This document shows positions 37,174 to 52,180 of a stretch of DNA of 64,000 nt, piece after piece. Positions within the stretch are counted from its first letter, which is position 1. Each line of letters opens with the position of its first letter. The notes below the pieces were generated by a model. It saw only the letters and a program-made list of their open reading frames with translations, made no database searches and was not told the DNA's origin. Location of the stretch: contig NEEC01000013.1 in the NCBI GenBank assembly GCA_002189035.1, positions 3,038,001-3,102,000 of the forward strand, given 5' to 3'. Source of the DNA: Utricularia gibba (taxonomy: Eukaryota; Plantae; Magnoliophyta). Both the position numbers and the translations under genes were made by a program.

Positions 37174-38692
37174 ATGGTCGTACACATCGCCGGTTTGGAA
37201 GGTGCACTCTCACCTTCGTGTTACTCTAGGGTTTGCTCCTTTTTTTACTCATAATACTCTGCTTGCAGTGGCACCATGCACATCTCGGTCAATGGCGATG
37301 TTTGGAGATACTAGGGATGAACCCCATGTTTCCATCGCCGGCATCAATGCATTCCATCCTCGGGAACTTGCGCTCCCGCCGGAAGGCACTCCGGTTATGT
37401 GTGCGTACGCGCTTGTGACTTTGCCGTGTCCTCGCCCTTAATGACACTTGATTTTATGTGCAGCCATCAGGAGTGCGAGTGGAATGTGCAGACCCACTCG
37501 CACCTATATCTCAGGTTACATGCAGTCTCGCAACGCGATGATGCTGGTCGAGCATACCGTCACCAGAAATACAGCAAACCCGTCCCAGGGGAATGGGAAT
37601 GGCAATGGGAGCCAACCCACAAACGATACCGGGAGGCCGGGGTTCGACAAGGGAGAACAGAGCCGCTCTGCTAAAACAAGGGTTGACAAGAAGGACAAGA
37701 AGCAAAGGTTTGTTTGGCATCCTGAGTATCACCAGATGTTCTTAGAGGCCGTGCAGCGACTAGGTTCCAGTAAGCACACTTTCTCTACGTTTACAAGGAA
37801 AAAGATTTCCGTCATCTTTTTCGTTTTCCATCCTGCAGATGCGTCGCCGATGAGGATTCTTAAGCTGATGAAGATAGAAGGGCTGACACGTGATCACGTT
37901 GCGAGTCATCTACAGGTACGCCATGTTTGAATTCATAAATCAAGTGAGTTGGATGAATTGTTTCTCAAGGGGCAGTTTAACAGGTTTGAAGAAACTGACA
38001 AATTCATGTTTTTTTTTCAGAAATATCGAGATCAGTTGAAAAAGCAACAGGTCTCCGATAAGAATACTTGTCCCCAAAGGGAGACACCCAATGTTTCCAC
38101 TAACTGTCCTCATGCCTCTGTAAATCTCAATCCTACGAACCTTACATTCCCTACCAATTCCCATCATGTAGTGCAGGACTACTTTTACAATTTCTCATCT
38201 GGTACTTGGCCTATATATCACGCCAATCCTACCCCTTGCATTTGCTCATCGCCTCCTCTTTGGCCAGCCCCCATCACATGCTTTCCGGACGACCATTTTT
38301 CTGCTGGTTGTAATGTTCCTATCAAACATGAAGATAGCCATGTTCCGCATTCTCATTCCCTAGGATTCATCAACAGTCACCCGCCCAACCCTTTATCCGG
38401 TTCACATCTCCCTGTTTGTGATGTAGTAGGGAATGGGGTTAATCCTCGTGGTCAAACAGTGCAGGCTATGTTCGAGCACCATAACTTGGGGAGGGAATAT
38501 GCCCTTGCACCCTTACCTCTTGAACAAGGTATTCAACCCATGCCTCAGTTGACGCCTTCACAGTCTGATGACCTACTAAGCAACTTGGACGAGTCGCAAC
38601 TGGTTGCTATGTACCTACAAATCGAGCAGCTCCAACGTTTTCAGGAAACGGGCCTCCCCCCTGAACAAGCTCCCAATGGTGACGCCATTTAG
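37174..38692 (+). CDS. GARP/Myb-like (SHLQKY class) transcription factor without a recognisable receiver domain
   Basis: KKQRFVWHPEYHQMFLEAVQRLG|ASPMRILKLMKIEGLTRDHVASHLQ|KYR spans two GT-AG introns, followed by a Pro/His-rich C-terminal exon to 38692. The 5-prime exons (from ATG 37174) are less certain. Confidence 0.82.
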
Positions 38693-39165
38693 AGGAGAAA
38701 ATGAAGCAACATCAGAGTCAGAAAGCATCGCAAGACTTCTCTTGCACCTGTGGCGTTTATGTGTTTCATTGTGTGTTTGTAACCCGGGCCAAACCCAACG
38801 ACCCGAGTCTTTGATAAGTATTAGAAGAAAATGTCTTGTTTGTTATTTATTGCTACTTTTGTGATTCGTTATGTGTTTGTGAAAGATTACTTTTGTTATT
38901 AATTGAATAGTAATCATGATTTTTGTTTGATCTCAACTCATTTGATGTTGAAACCGAAAATATGTGGCCACATTTTGTCAGTTGTCATCTTCTGCTTGGA
39001 TTGGGCTGTGTATGATCTTCTTCGAAATGCCGGCTGCGTTTCCTATTCCGGAAGGCGCCTGCCATCTTGAAAACAAGCTCCTTCCTATTTTCTTGGATCT
39101 CCTTGAGCAAACGGTGTGCTTCGACACGATATTATTGCCCAAGTCCCTGACATAAAAAAAAAAAA

Positions 39166-41281
39166 ATGTCATCAGCGATTACTCTGCAAACGGCCGGAGG
39201 AGTGATCTGGGAAAAACGCTGTTACACCGCGAGCTTTTACTCAAGGGCCATATATCACCGCAACGCTATATCCCTTGCGGTCGTGTTTTCTCGCAAAAAG
39301 ATGCAGCGTCTGTCGCAATTTCGTGCTGGGAATTCTTCGCCAGTGAGGAGTTCTTTGATTGAGCCTGATGGGGGATTTTTGGTCGACCTTATTGTGCCTG
39401 AGAGCGAGAGGGCTGTGAATATTTCAGAAGCTGATTCTTTGCCAAGGGTGAAGTTAACTGAAATTGATCTTCAGTGGGTGCATGTATTGAGTGAGGGATG
39501 GGCGAGCCCGTTGAAGGGTTTTATGAGGGAGGAAGAGTATTTGCAGAGCTTACATTTCAATTGCTTGAGGATGAACGATGGGACCTTGACTAATATGTCG
39601 TTGCCAATTGTTTTGGCTATTGATGATACGGTTAAGGAGCGGATTGGGAACTCTCCCAGTGTTGCACTGATTGATCCCAATGATAATTTGGTGGGCGTTC
39701 TGAGTAGGTTAGTTTCATGATCCTCTGTTGTTTTTCTGTTGAACCTTTTTTGACGTAGCAAATTCTTTGGTCATTGATGTTGCCCATATTGCATAGATGT
39801 ACAGGGAGCAATTCTGATTTTGAATTGCTCGGATAATTCATCTGTGAATGTTTTCTGTTGTTTTTTTAGCATTGAAGTGTATAAGCACAACAAAGAAGAA
39901 AGAATAGCGAGAACCTGGGGAACTACTGCTCCAGGATTACCATATGTCGAGGAAGTTATCAGTCCTGCTGGAAACTGGCTAATTGGTGGAGATTTACAAG
40001 TTTTAAATCCCATTAAGTACATTGATGGTCTCGATCAGTACAGGCTTTCTCCTAAACAACTACGGAATGAGTTTGATAGACGAAAAGCTGATGCTGTTTT
40101 TGCGTTTCAGTTGAGAAATCCTGTACATAATGGCCATGCTTTGCTGATGAATGATACTAGAAAGAAGCTTTTGGAAATGGGCTTCAAGAATCCCATTCTC
40201 TTGCTTCATCCTTTGGGAGGATTCACGAAAGCTGATGATGTGCCACTCAATGTTCGCATGGAACAACATAGCAAGGTCTTTTTACTTAACTTTTGATCAT
40301 GTTTGATGCATACGTTTTGTGAGGGAAAAGTTTGAGAGGCAACAATCCAAGCTCGTATCTTGTGACACTAACAATACCTGCGAAGTAATGCGCACTGGGC
40401 TATCTTCTCACAAAATGTTGAGTTGTTGATATCACCATGCCCTATGTGTGCAGCTGGTTTTTGCGCAGTTTTACCAACATCATCTTGCATTAGTTTTGCT
40501 GATATCTTGGACTTGTGTTACATTGAGCATGTTTCTTAGAATCCAATGAAGTTTCAGGACGAGTTATGCTTTAACTAGAAAGAATTTTTCCTGCTGTTTT
40601 TTCCTTTTGATAGCGTGTCTTTATGTTGGCATAGGTGCTGGAAGATGGTGTTCTTGATCCCGAAACTACAATTGTCGCCATTTTCCCTTCACCAATGCAC
40701 TATGCTGGACCAACTGAAGTTCAGTGGCACGCAAAGGCACGAATCAATGCGGGAGCAAATTTTTACATCGTGGGTCGTGATCCTGCTGGAATGGGACATC
40801 CCACGGAGAAGAGGGACTTGTATGATCCAGATCATGGGAAGAAGGTGCTTAGCATGGCACCAGGACTTGAAAAGCTCAACATTTTGCCATTCAACTTTTG
40901 TGATATTACATATAGCTAGGGTGACAAATCTCTCTGAATCAGCACTGCAGTACTGATCATTCACAGATCTTGTTGTGATCATGCAGGTGGCTGCATATGA
41001 TAATCTTGGGAAGAAGATGGCCTTCTTCGATCCCTCACGTGCTAAAGATTTTCTCTTCATATCTGGAACAAAGGTACATACATTTCCAACCGAAACTCAC
41101 ATCCAGATACACTCATTCCCCCCTCATCCTTGCAACTTGTGTCTAGATGCGGGCTTATGCAAGTAGCGGCGAAAATCCCCCGGATGGTTTTATGTGTCCT
41201 GGAGGATGACAAGTCTTGGTTGAATACTACAAGAGCCTGCAGGCTGAGGATTCTCAGACTCAGACGGTGCCTGCTGCATAG
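39166..41281 (+). pseudogene. APS2: ATP sulfurylase 2-like gene with missing splice donor and premature stop
   Basis: Transit peptide then [47 protein letters not shown] and MAFFDPSR. Exon 3 ends TTC AA at 40894 with no in-phase GT donor. TGA at 41207-41209 replaces the conserved Trp of CPGGW. Confidence 0.75.
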
Positions 41282-42376
41282 AGGAGTTATGTGCTGATTA
41301 TTTCCCTTTCTACTTGATCCATGCAGTGCAGAATCAATCGAGCGCGTGAACTGGCACGCAGCCAGGGTTCTTTCTTCTTGAATGCGACTGTAGAATCAAT
41401 CAAGCAGGCAAGCGCATGTGGATTGATCCCAAGAGTTTGTTGCTTAACGTACAAGCATGCTGTCTAAGCAAACGAACCGGTGGACCGGAGCCGCTAGCTA
41501 ACCCTAAAATCTGGAAATTATTTAACAAATGACTGGGGCTTCAACGCATTTTAGAAATTTTCATTGTTCTGTTTTGTAAGGTCGCGAATATTTTGGGTTG
41601 TAAATTTGAAGCTTTGACCGGCCGTTTTCCACCGCACCGGAGAATATAACCGAGAAATCAGGTGATTCTCACAAGCAAGGAATTCCCACATGCGCCACCG
41701 AATCCACCGGCAAAACCCCACACGTGTCAAGTTACCTCAAAGTCTTACGAACTTCTCCTTCCACCTTCTTCTCCATTTCCCCTCGCCCAGAGGAGAAATT
41801 TCCTTGTCTTTTCGCGTTGCGTGGAAGATTGGTTTTTTCCCCTCCCATCGCATTTTCCAGTTTGCTGGTCAAATCCCAATTCAGGGTCTCAATATCTCTG
41901 GCAATCGGGGTTGATAGGATACTCGTCTTGGAGGAAGATAACATTTTTTTTCTGGGAGTTCCTTTTTTGTTTGTTTGATTACATGAGATTGGGGACAGTG
42001 AGTACTAAGGTTTATGATTCTTTTCTCGATTTTGCAGTCTCTTATTAGCAAATTCTTTGATTCTTTTGCACATACCAGAAGGTTAGGATCGGCTTTCGTT
42101 AACTGATCGGCAGTAGTTGAAAAAAAAAAACAAAAATAAAGTCTTTTATGAAAACAGGTTCGTCCCAAGAAAAACTCTGTGAGGTTTTTGGTGCTATGTT
42201 TTAGTTTGCCATGAAATTGAGAGTTTTCTTGCTTGAATGCCTTACCCCCAGCGAGAAAAAAAAAAGTTACATAAACTGATTACCGTGTTTTAGAATTTCT
42301 GCTGTTTTACCGTGGATTCTGGAGGTAAAAAAGAAGTGGAAGGTATAAAATCTCGGGTTTGCTGAGAGATATTGAG

Positions 42377-43945
42377 ATGGCCTTGAACTATTCACATTGG
42401 AATTTATTTTCTGCTCATCTTTCTGATGATAATCTCGTATCTCCCTTTGGAATCACGAATGGGGAAAGCAGCACGAGGTGTTGGAATATGAATCTTGATG
42501 AAGAGAAGGAAAATAAGTACGGATATTTTGCAGCAGAGTCAGTTTCTGACGACATTGTTGACCTGCTACCCTCTGATCCTTTTGGAATGGATATTCAGAC
42601 TACTTTTACAGCAATCACTGGATGGCTCGAAGATTTGGAGGTTAACTGCGATGGATACATGTGGAGCGACGATGGTAGTACTGGTGTAAAGGATAGCGGT
42701 TTGATTAACAGATGGGGTTTTTTGTGGAAGCATGGTTTGAGTTTCCAACCATTTCCTAATACTGTTCAACGCAGTGAGAGATCAAATTTCTGTGTGCCGT
42801 ACTCATCTAGCAATCTCAATGCTGATGTGGTTCCGTTCATGCACCATATATATTTTCCTGGAACTGTTCCATTTGATGAGAAGAAGATGCCGAATTGTTT
42901 GGGTATACCCAGCAAGGAGAAGACTATGGAGGCCGGACTGGAAATTTGTGATACTCATTTCTTACAGGCGTGCGGTATGTTTGATGCTGCCGGACCTGAG
43001 GCGGAAAGTGATAAAAGGAGCGTCTGTCTTCCACCTCCTCCTGAAGGGCAAGTGGAGCAAACTTCATTTGTTGAGGAGGCTTTCACTCTGGCTCTTAGCT
43101 ATTTGGGAGCAAGGGAACTGTTGTCGGTGGAAAGGGTTTGTAAATCATTGTTCTTGTCTGTCCGAAAAGATCCCTGGCTATGGAAAACAATCCATATTGA
43201 TCAACCTCTAAATGATAGGATCACAGATGATATCCTTTTGAGATTGGCCAGCAGGGCTCAAGGCAGACTCCAAAGCTTGAGCTTGGTTGAGTGCCCCAAA
43301 GTCACTGATGAAGGTCTAAGGCTTATACTGGAAACCAATCCACATCTAAGCAAGGTCTGTACTCTGTTATATTATTCTTGTCTCTCTAAGTGTGCATCAA
43401 AATGCTGAACTTTGTAGTCTTGTTTCAAAGTTGTGTTATGTATACAAACCCTGATTGTGGATTGGCTGTGGCAGCTCTCCGTCCCTGGATGCACAAGAAT
43501 CAGCATTGAATGTGTAGTGGACAGCATCAGGGCATTTAATTCTCAAAGGAATGTTGGAGGGATAAAGCATCTTAGAATAGGCGGTCTTTATGGTGTTGAC
43601 CACGAACATGTTGAAGAGTTGAAGATGCTACTCGGCACCAGCAGTGACAGCTGCCAGAGTGGTGCTGGGAAGCAGTATTTCTATCATCGTGGGAATTTCT
43701 ATCTGCCGTATGAAGATGATCGGGCTATAGATATTGAGAGATGTCCAAAATGCGACAAGTATCGGTTGGTCTACGACTGCCCATCCGAGAGTTGCAACCT
43801 TAAGCACTCTTCTGAAGCTTGTCGTGCATGTACCATTTGCATAGCCCGGTGCGCCAAGTGCGGCCGATGTGTCAACGATACCGAATTTGAAGAAACTTTC
43901 TGCTTGGAGTTGCTATGCTCATGTTGTTCCAAGCAGCCGCATTAG
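42377..43945 (+). CDS. SKIP14: F-box protein SKIP14-like
   Basis: MALNYSH start, DLLPSDPFGMDIQTTFTAITGWLEDLE, F-box LALSYLGARELLSVERVCKSL and Cys-rich C-terminus (DIERCPKC..CRAC..CIARC..CGRC). Exons 42377-43354 and 43475-43945. Confidence 0.9.
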
Positions 43946-44140
43946 TGGCAGGATTCCACGCATCCACGCCAAGCAATCATCTGAGTTGGAAGCTGCTTGT
44001 GATTATTCTCAAGGCTGGTGGTTGCTACAGCACAGTTTGGAATAAAAGAATACGGATGTGGATGCAAAGCCTCTCTGCCTGTGATGATGCTTGGAGAAGG
44101 CATGTCCTTGTCTTCCTTATCGGCCCTTGGGATATCAAAG

Positions 44141-44141
<1 letters not shown>

Positions 44142-44174
<33 letters not shown>
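44142..44174. repeat. (CA)n microsatellite
   Basis: About 16 CA units. Confidence 0.95.
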
Positions 44175-44176
<2 letters not shown>

Positions 44177-44306
44177 ATTTTCTGTAGGGCGAGCTGCATT
44201 ACAACTTTCTAATTCAGACGTTTTATGTGTATGAAACCGCGTAGTGTGATGCTACTTACTGTGTTGATGAGACGGTCTGTATTTATTATGAAGAATTGTG
44301 ACCATA

Positions 44307-44380
44307 GGTGTCGTGGTGTAGTTGGTTATCACGTCAGTCTAACACACTGAAGGTCTCCGGTTCGAGTCCGGGCGACGCCA
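44307..44380 (+). tRNA. tRNA-Val(AAC)
   Basis: GGTGTCG/CGACGCC acceptor stem, D-arm GTGGTGTAGTTGGTTATCAC, anticodon arm TCAGT-CTAACAC-ACTGA, GGTTCGAGTCC T-arm, and a T-run terminator at 44391-44399. Confidence 0.97.
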
Positions 44381-44733
44381 TGCCCCCCCCTTTTTTTTTC
44401 AAAAAGAATTTTTCGGGATCGGCGTCCCCTTGCCAAGCTCCGCCAGTGCTGTTCGTCAACGACGTGGCGCACATTTGCAGTTCCAGGTCCGGGGAGAGGA
44501 GCGGCTATTCCATTCTGGAATTAAAAATATATATATGATTAGCGGCGTTCATCCATTTCAGGGATTTTTTTGGTCTTCCTCTCCAAGAAAAACGTAAACC
44601 CGCACAGCTGTCCAACGGTCCTTTGGAAATCCCGGATCTCACAACTATAAATACATTCTTACGTCCCTCGCTTCTGCTGTCTCTCTTTTCTCTGCGCTAC
44701 CCTCAGCTCTTCGTCCAAGTTCCGTCAATAGTT

Positions 44734-46958
<2,225 letters not shown>

Positions 46959-48114
46959 GCGCTATCCTCTCCGCAGCTCTCCCCCCGTGGCGGCCTGAGT
47001 CACAATTTGGGGCCTTTTGTCTTTTTTCCACCTTCCAGTAATAAATAATTCTGTAGTTAGTCGTGCAGGGAGCCTATGGGTCTTTTAATGTTTATTTCTT
47101 TTCTTTTGTTGAATCCTTTCCTTGTAGATTCGCGCCCTTTCAGCGGGTTGCTTTCCATCCGTCATTGGTTTGGTTCTGATCAATTTTTTTACTGGTTTCA
47201 CCCCCGATTTGAGTTACCCGGTAAATTTGAAGACACGAGTGGCCGGCCTGCAATGCGGTGTAGAACTAACTCGGCCAGGACAAGACAAGAAAACGAGAGT
47301 GTGCTCCTACATGGGATGCTGATGCTGATGCTGGTAAACAGAAGAGAGACTCCTACGTAGCTTTTAGTGCCATCCTGCACGTGAATCCGTATCTCCGTCG
47401 ATGAAAAAGCATACTGATCTCCGAAAGAGATACCCACGTGTGCGCGTATAATCACTGAAACTCAAAGCAAAAGTAAAAAAGGGGGACGGGAAAAGTGAAA
47501 GCTTGATTCTTTTTACACCTTTACTCCTCGGCTGAACGGGGAGTTTCCCATTTCCCCTTTTTTGATGCTTACCCTTTTCCATGAAAATTTTGTCATCGAC
47601 TTGGGTACTGAGCCTGAGGGGGTGGGGGTGATGGCGGTGGTGCCCCCCCATCGCACATTTCGTTTTCTGGCTTCTTAATCCACCTCTCACGTGAACCATT
47701 ATTGCGCCCTTTGTTGAGTTTTTACCCCTTTCCATTGCTTCCCGTCTCTAGGGCTCTCTCAGCAACAATTTTGTGTTTTCCTGTTTGGGTTCTGTCCCCC
47801 TGTTGCTGATCCGCGATTTCCTCTTCATCTGCTCAACCCCACTGCAGATCCACCTTACGTGGATGCTCAAGACTTCAGCTCATTTAAATGCTTTTGCTGA
47901 AAAAGTTCAGTTTTTTCAGTCGGTAGCTTCTGGGTTGTGGGGTACCGTGGGTTTTGGTGTTCCAAACTGGGACTTGCCTTCCCTGATTAAATTGAATTTT
48001 GATGGTTCTGATAGATTGGATCTGGGACTCTGCTTTGTCGTGAAGTGATCATGATTTTGTTTGTAGACGGGAGCCGAGGTTCTTTGTAAAACTCCGTCCA
48101 GGGGAGTCCGAGAA

Positions 48115-51100
48115 ATGCCTCCATCGCCTGCTCTGAAAATTCCTGAGCTCATTGAGAATCATAAACGAGGGCGTGGGCGTAGTGTTGAGCGTTGGAGCGT
48201 CATTGATGACAAGGAAGATGATCTTGCACTGTTCAACGAGGTGAAGAACAAAGGAAGGGACAGTTATTTGCTTCAGTCAAATTGTGACTTCGATTTTATC
48301 TTCTGTAATTTCGCACCCCCTTTTTCTCTGAGTTCTTCTTTTGGCATTACACTCCATGCAAATTGCTGAAAACCCCCCTGCGTTTGGATTTCAGCAACAA
48401 AAATCAAGCAGTTATCTGATCATAAGGCAGGGTTCTCAACCGGTGCTGGGAAGAAGAGTAGTGACCTGCTCGCCGCTGTGGACAAAAATGATTATGACTG
48501 GTTGGTAGTTTTTCATTGCTCATGATTTGTCATTATTCAAGTTTTCCTTTTCCGTAGATGATGATTGATTTCTACTAATTTCATTTCATTGTTAAAGAGA
48601 TTCCGGTTATAATTATTTACTTCTCATTCTACGCTAATGATGCACTGTTTTAAACCACAGGCTATTAACACCTCCTGAAAGTCCTCTCTTTCCTTCCCTG
48701 GATGATGACAGGGTAGCCCTGCGTCCTGAAATGAGGGGTAGGACGAGAAGCCAACCTGTTCAGATTTCACAAGCTTCAAAGGTAGATTGGATCCCCTGGT
48801 TTTGTACAGGATGAGAATCTATGTTGCATTCCTACCCTTAACTATTTGCAGCCGTAGGTGGAGAAGGGCTGCAGGAATGTCAGGGGCAGTCCGAGCCCTC
48901 GTTGCTCGAGTCCATCTCCTCGTTCTAGTAATACCAAGGTGCAGTCAAGAAGCAGGCCTTCTTCTGCTTCTCATTCTAGTCCACCTTCTGCGTTGCTTCA
49001 CACTTCTCCATCAAGAAGGCTGTCCCCACCTCCACGTAAACTCAAAAAACTAGCGGTGAGATCAGGTTCACTTACTCCTAGAAGGCTGAGTACTGGTTCT
49101 GCTAGTGCTACTCAAGCTAACAGAGGAACCTCTCCTGTCAACGTGAGTCGTGGTAGCTCTGCATCGCCGAAAACAAGGGGTTGGCAGTCAAATATCCCTT
49201 GGTTTTCTTGTGAAGCACCTCCGAATCTTTGTACCTCACTAGCTGATAGGCCTGGACCATATGTAAGAGGTTTGACGCCTGCATCAAGGAATTCCAGATC
49301 AGGCCGGCAGTCTATGTCTCCAACTGCTTCTAGAAGTGTGAGTTCATCTATTAGTCGTGAAATGGATCCATGTTGCTCTTATAGTAAAGGCTCAGTTGCA
49401 TCGTCAAGGGATGATGACATGGATTCACTACCATTTAGCTGCTCAGATTACTCGGTTCAACAAAATGTTTGCGCTTTACCAAACAATAGATCCTCCGAGG
49501 TTTTCAAGAAACCAACTAAAGTTTTCTCTAGTTCTGCTTCCAAAAGACACTCTGACTTTGCCCTTCGACAAGTGGTAAGTGTCTTTTCTGGTGGTAAGTG
49601 GTGTCTTTTCATTTTCCCTACTGATATATCTGCCTGTATTACCGTGCTCTTTTTCAGGACAAGAAGGGTCCTCAGAATATGTTCCGGCCCTTAATGTCCA
49701 GTGTTCCAAGCTCGACATTTTATGTAGGAAAAGGAGGCACTCCATCCCGTTCTTTGGCGTCCAGAAATTCTTCCATCATAACTAGCAATAATGCCAGTTC
49801 CGATCATGGTACTAGTCGAGCACTTGATGCCAAAAAAGGTGATGAGGACCAGGGTGATATGGGCAGCAACTTTTTGAGACAGAGGCTTCCTAATGCAGTT
49901 GAGGAAGTATTTGCTATGGATGCTGCTGAAGATTCAATGGAAGATGCCTGTAGTGTAGTGACTGCGAATCCAGAAAAGGATGATTCACCCCCAGAGCTCG
50001 CTATTACTGGGAGTAGTAGGACTGCATTGGTAGACTCTGTTGTCAATACTGATGGAGCATCAAGTATGGAACAATGCTGTAGGTGCCAAAGGAAATTGAA
50101 TTCTGCTGAACTGGTCACTGAGGGAGATCAACGTGTTTGTAGAAAGTGTAGGCTTTTGGTATCTACTCCATCATTCATTCCTGAGGAAACAGCGATTTCA
50201 GAGGCATGCTCCTCTACAATTGACAATAGTACTGGGAGAATTTCCTTGGACATTTTAGAGCATTCTGCATCTGTCCCAGAATGGATGCCTATTTCTCAGG
50301 CCGGTGCAACAAACATTAACGACTTTGAAAGCAACTCCGATAAGGGTCAGAATCCTGCTCCATCTGCAGCAGAGGAGCCGGAGCTTTGTATAGAAAGTGA
50401 ACCTTGCCATGAAGAAAAATTGGTGGGTGACTTCTTGAGCTCAAAATTTGATATCCATGAAGTTGAAGGATTATCACTCCTGCTCAAAAGGTCATGCGGT
50501 GCTCAAGGTCATATTATTGGAAGCAGGAGTTGCACTGCAAGCAACACCAGTTATGATGATCTGTCGTACATAAGAGATAGTTTAACGAGCCTGAGAAGCT
50601 CTGTTGGTCGTAGTAGTGTGTCTGCTTTATCCTCTTTTGATTTGGTGTCTTACAAATCGAGTGAGGTTCAGGTTCATGAACAACGTAGGGTGCAAAACTC
50701 CGATACCGAAGACTTCAGATGTGGGGAAACAGCACCTCACAAATGCTCCATCTCATTGTCGCCTGAAGATGGCCTCGAGATTGTTACCAAAAACAAAAGC
50801 AATGGAGTAGGAGGGGTGCGTTGCCACGAAACTCACGAGCAGTCTCTGAACTCCGAGTCTACTGATCCAAGTACGCCTACTCATAAAGGAAGCGGTGTAA
50901 TCTACAAGGCAATAGATTCTGGAGTCTCGCTTTCGATTTCTGAAGAACCCTCACAACTTGAGAAGGAAAACAAGTGGAGTGGAAATTCTCAGGAGGAAGA
51001 AACATCAACCTCAAAGTTGCATGTATGTAGTCTGGAAGGAGATACTCCTGGGAGTTCGATTTGTGATGCCATTGATGCTAAGCCGGAGGTTCCGCGGTCG

Positions 51101-51697
51101 GGCGCATTGAATAGTGTATCAGAAGTGGAACTTAGAACCGATGATACGCACATTTTACAGTCGGATTTCGATTCGACAAAGTCTACTTCACCTGATGAAC
51201 AACCCCCGTCTCGGTCACAGAGAACTGCTTCTACGGTATGCGTCACTTGCAAATGTAATTTGTTCACGTAGCTTCTTCCTTGTAGTAACTAAAGAGCTGG
51301 TATTGTTTCAGAAGACACAACAAGAAGCCTCACTTTAGAAGAAGCCACTGATGTGATCCTAGTCTGCAGCTCCATTGTTCATGATATTGCATACAATGCT
51401 GCAAGCATGGCAATCAACGACGGAAGCTCGGAAGTTGGCTTACCACTAACCACACCATTTCCCTCAAAAACCATTTGTGGCAAAGAGGAGATACGCTCAG
51501 GAGCCTTGGGAAGACGCAGGTCGAAGAGCCACAAAGCCCAGAAAAGGGAACTGGAAATGGAGCAAAGATCACCTCAGTCTGTACTAGCTGAAAATGAGGG
51601 TAAATCTACTCCCCGGATTGTTTTGTCCCCGGCTAGCATGAGCAACAGCAGCATGCCTCCAAAGCTGGTGTCCAAGTGTAATTGCGCCATCATGTGA
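48115..51697 (+). CDS. Basic proline-rich (BPP-like, At1g27850-type) microtubule-associated protein
   Basis: MPPSPAL start, DDDL-like LALFNE, KNDYDWLLTPP, Ser/Pro/Arg-rich middle, [41 protein letters not shown] and C-terminal SKCNCAIM. Six exons; a phase mismatch at the last intron suggests a 1-nt loss near 51203-51207. Confidence 0.8.
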
Positions 51698-52180
51698 CAT
51701 GTTCAAGGCCTGTTTCTTGCACTTTCTTTGGAAGGGTTGCAATTCTTAGTTTTGTGAGCAGTGCTTCCCAGTTAGATAGATGTAATCTAATCTCCTGTGA
51801 ATCTCTATTCTTGTTGCCATGTTCCTTCTATAGAAAAAAGCCACTCCAAGTTCGCAGCTTTTCTGCTTCACTCTGCTGTTACACACACCCACACTCACAC
51901 ACCTCCATTCTCTTGTATTTTCCTTCAGTTATGGCGATAGCCATACTACCTACATCGCTGAAAATCTGCTTCAGCTGCAAAACTGCATCATTGCTCTTCC
52001 AAGCAGTGATCATGTGGCCTCGCCAACGAGTGATCTATGGAATAACGCGTGTCTGGTACTTATTCATGTACCAGGCGGGCGTATCTGAAACCCCAAACTA
52101 TGAGACGAAAGCAGATGGATAGATAGATAGATAGATGGATGGAGTAATGTTTACAGTAGTAGGATTGGGCTTGGACCGTT

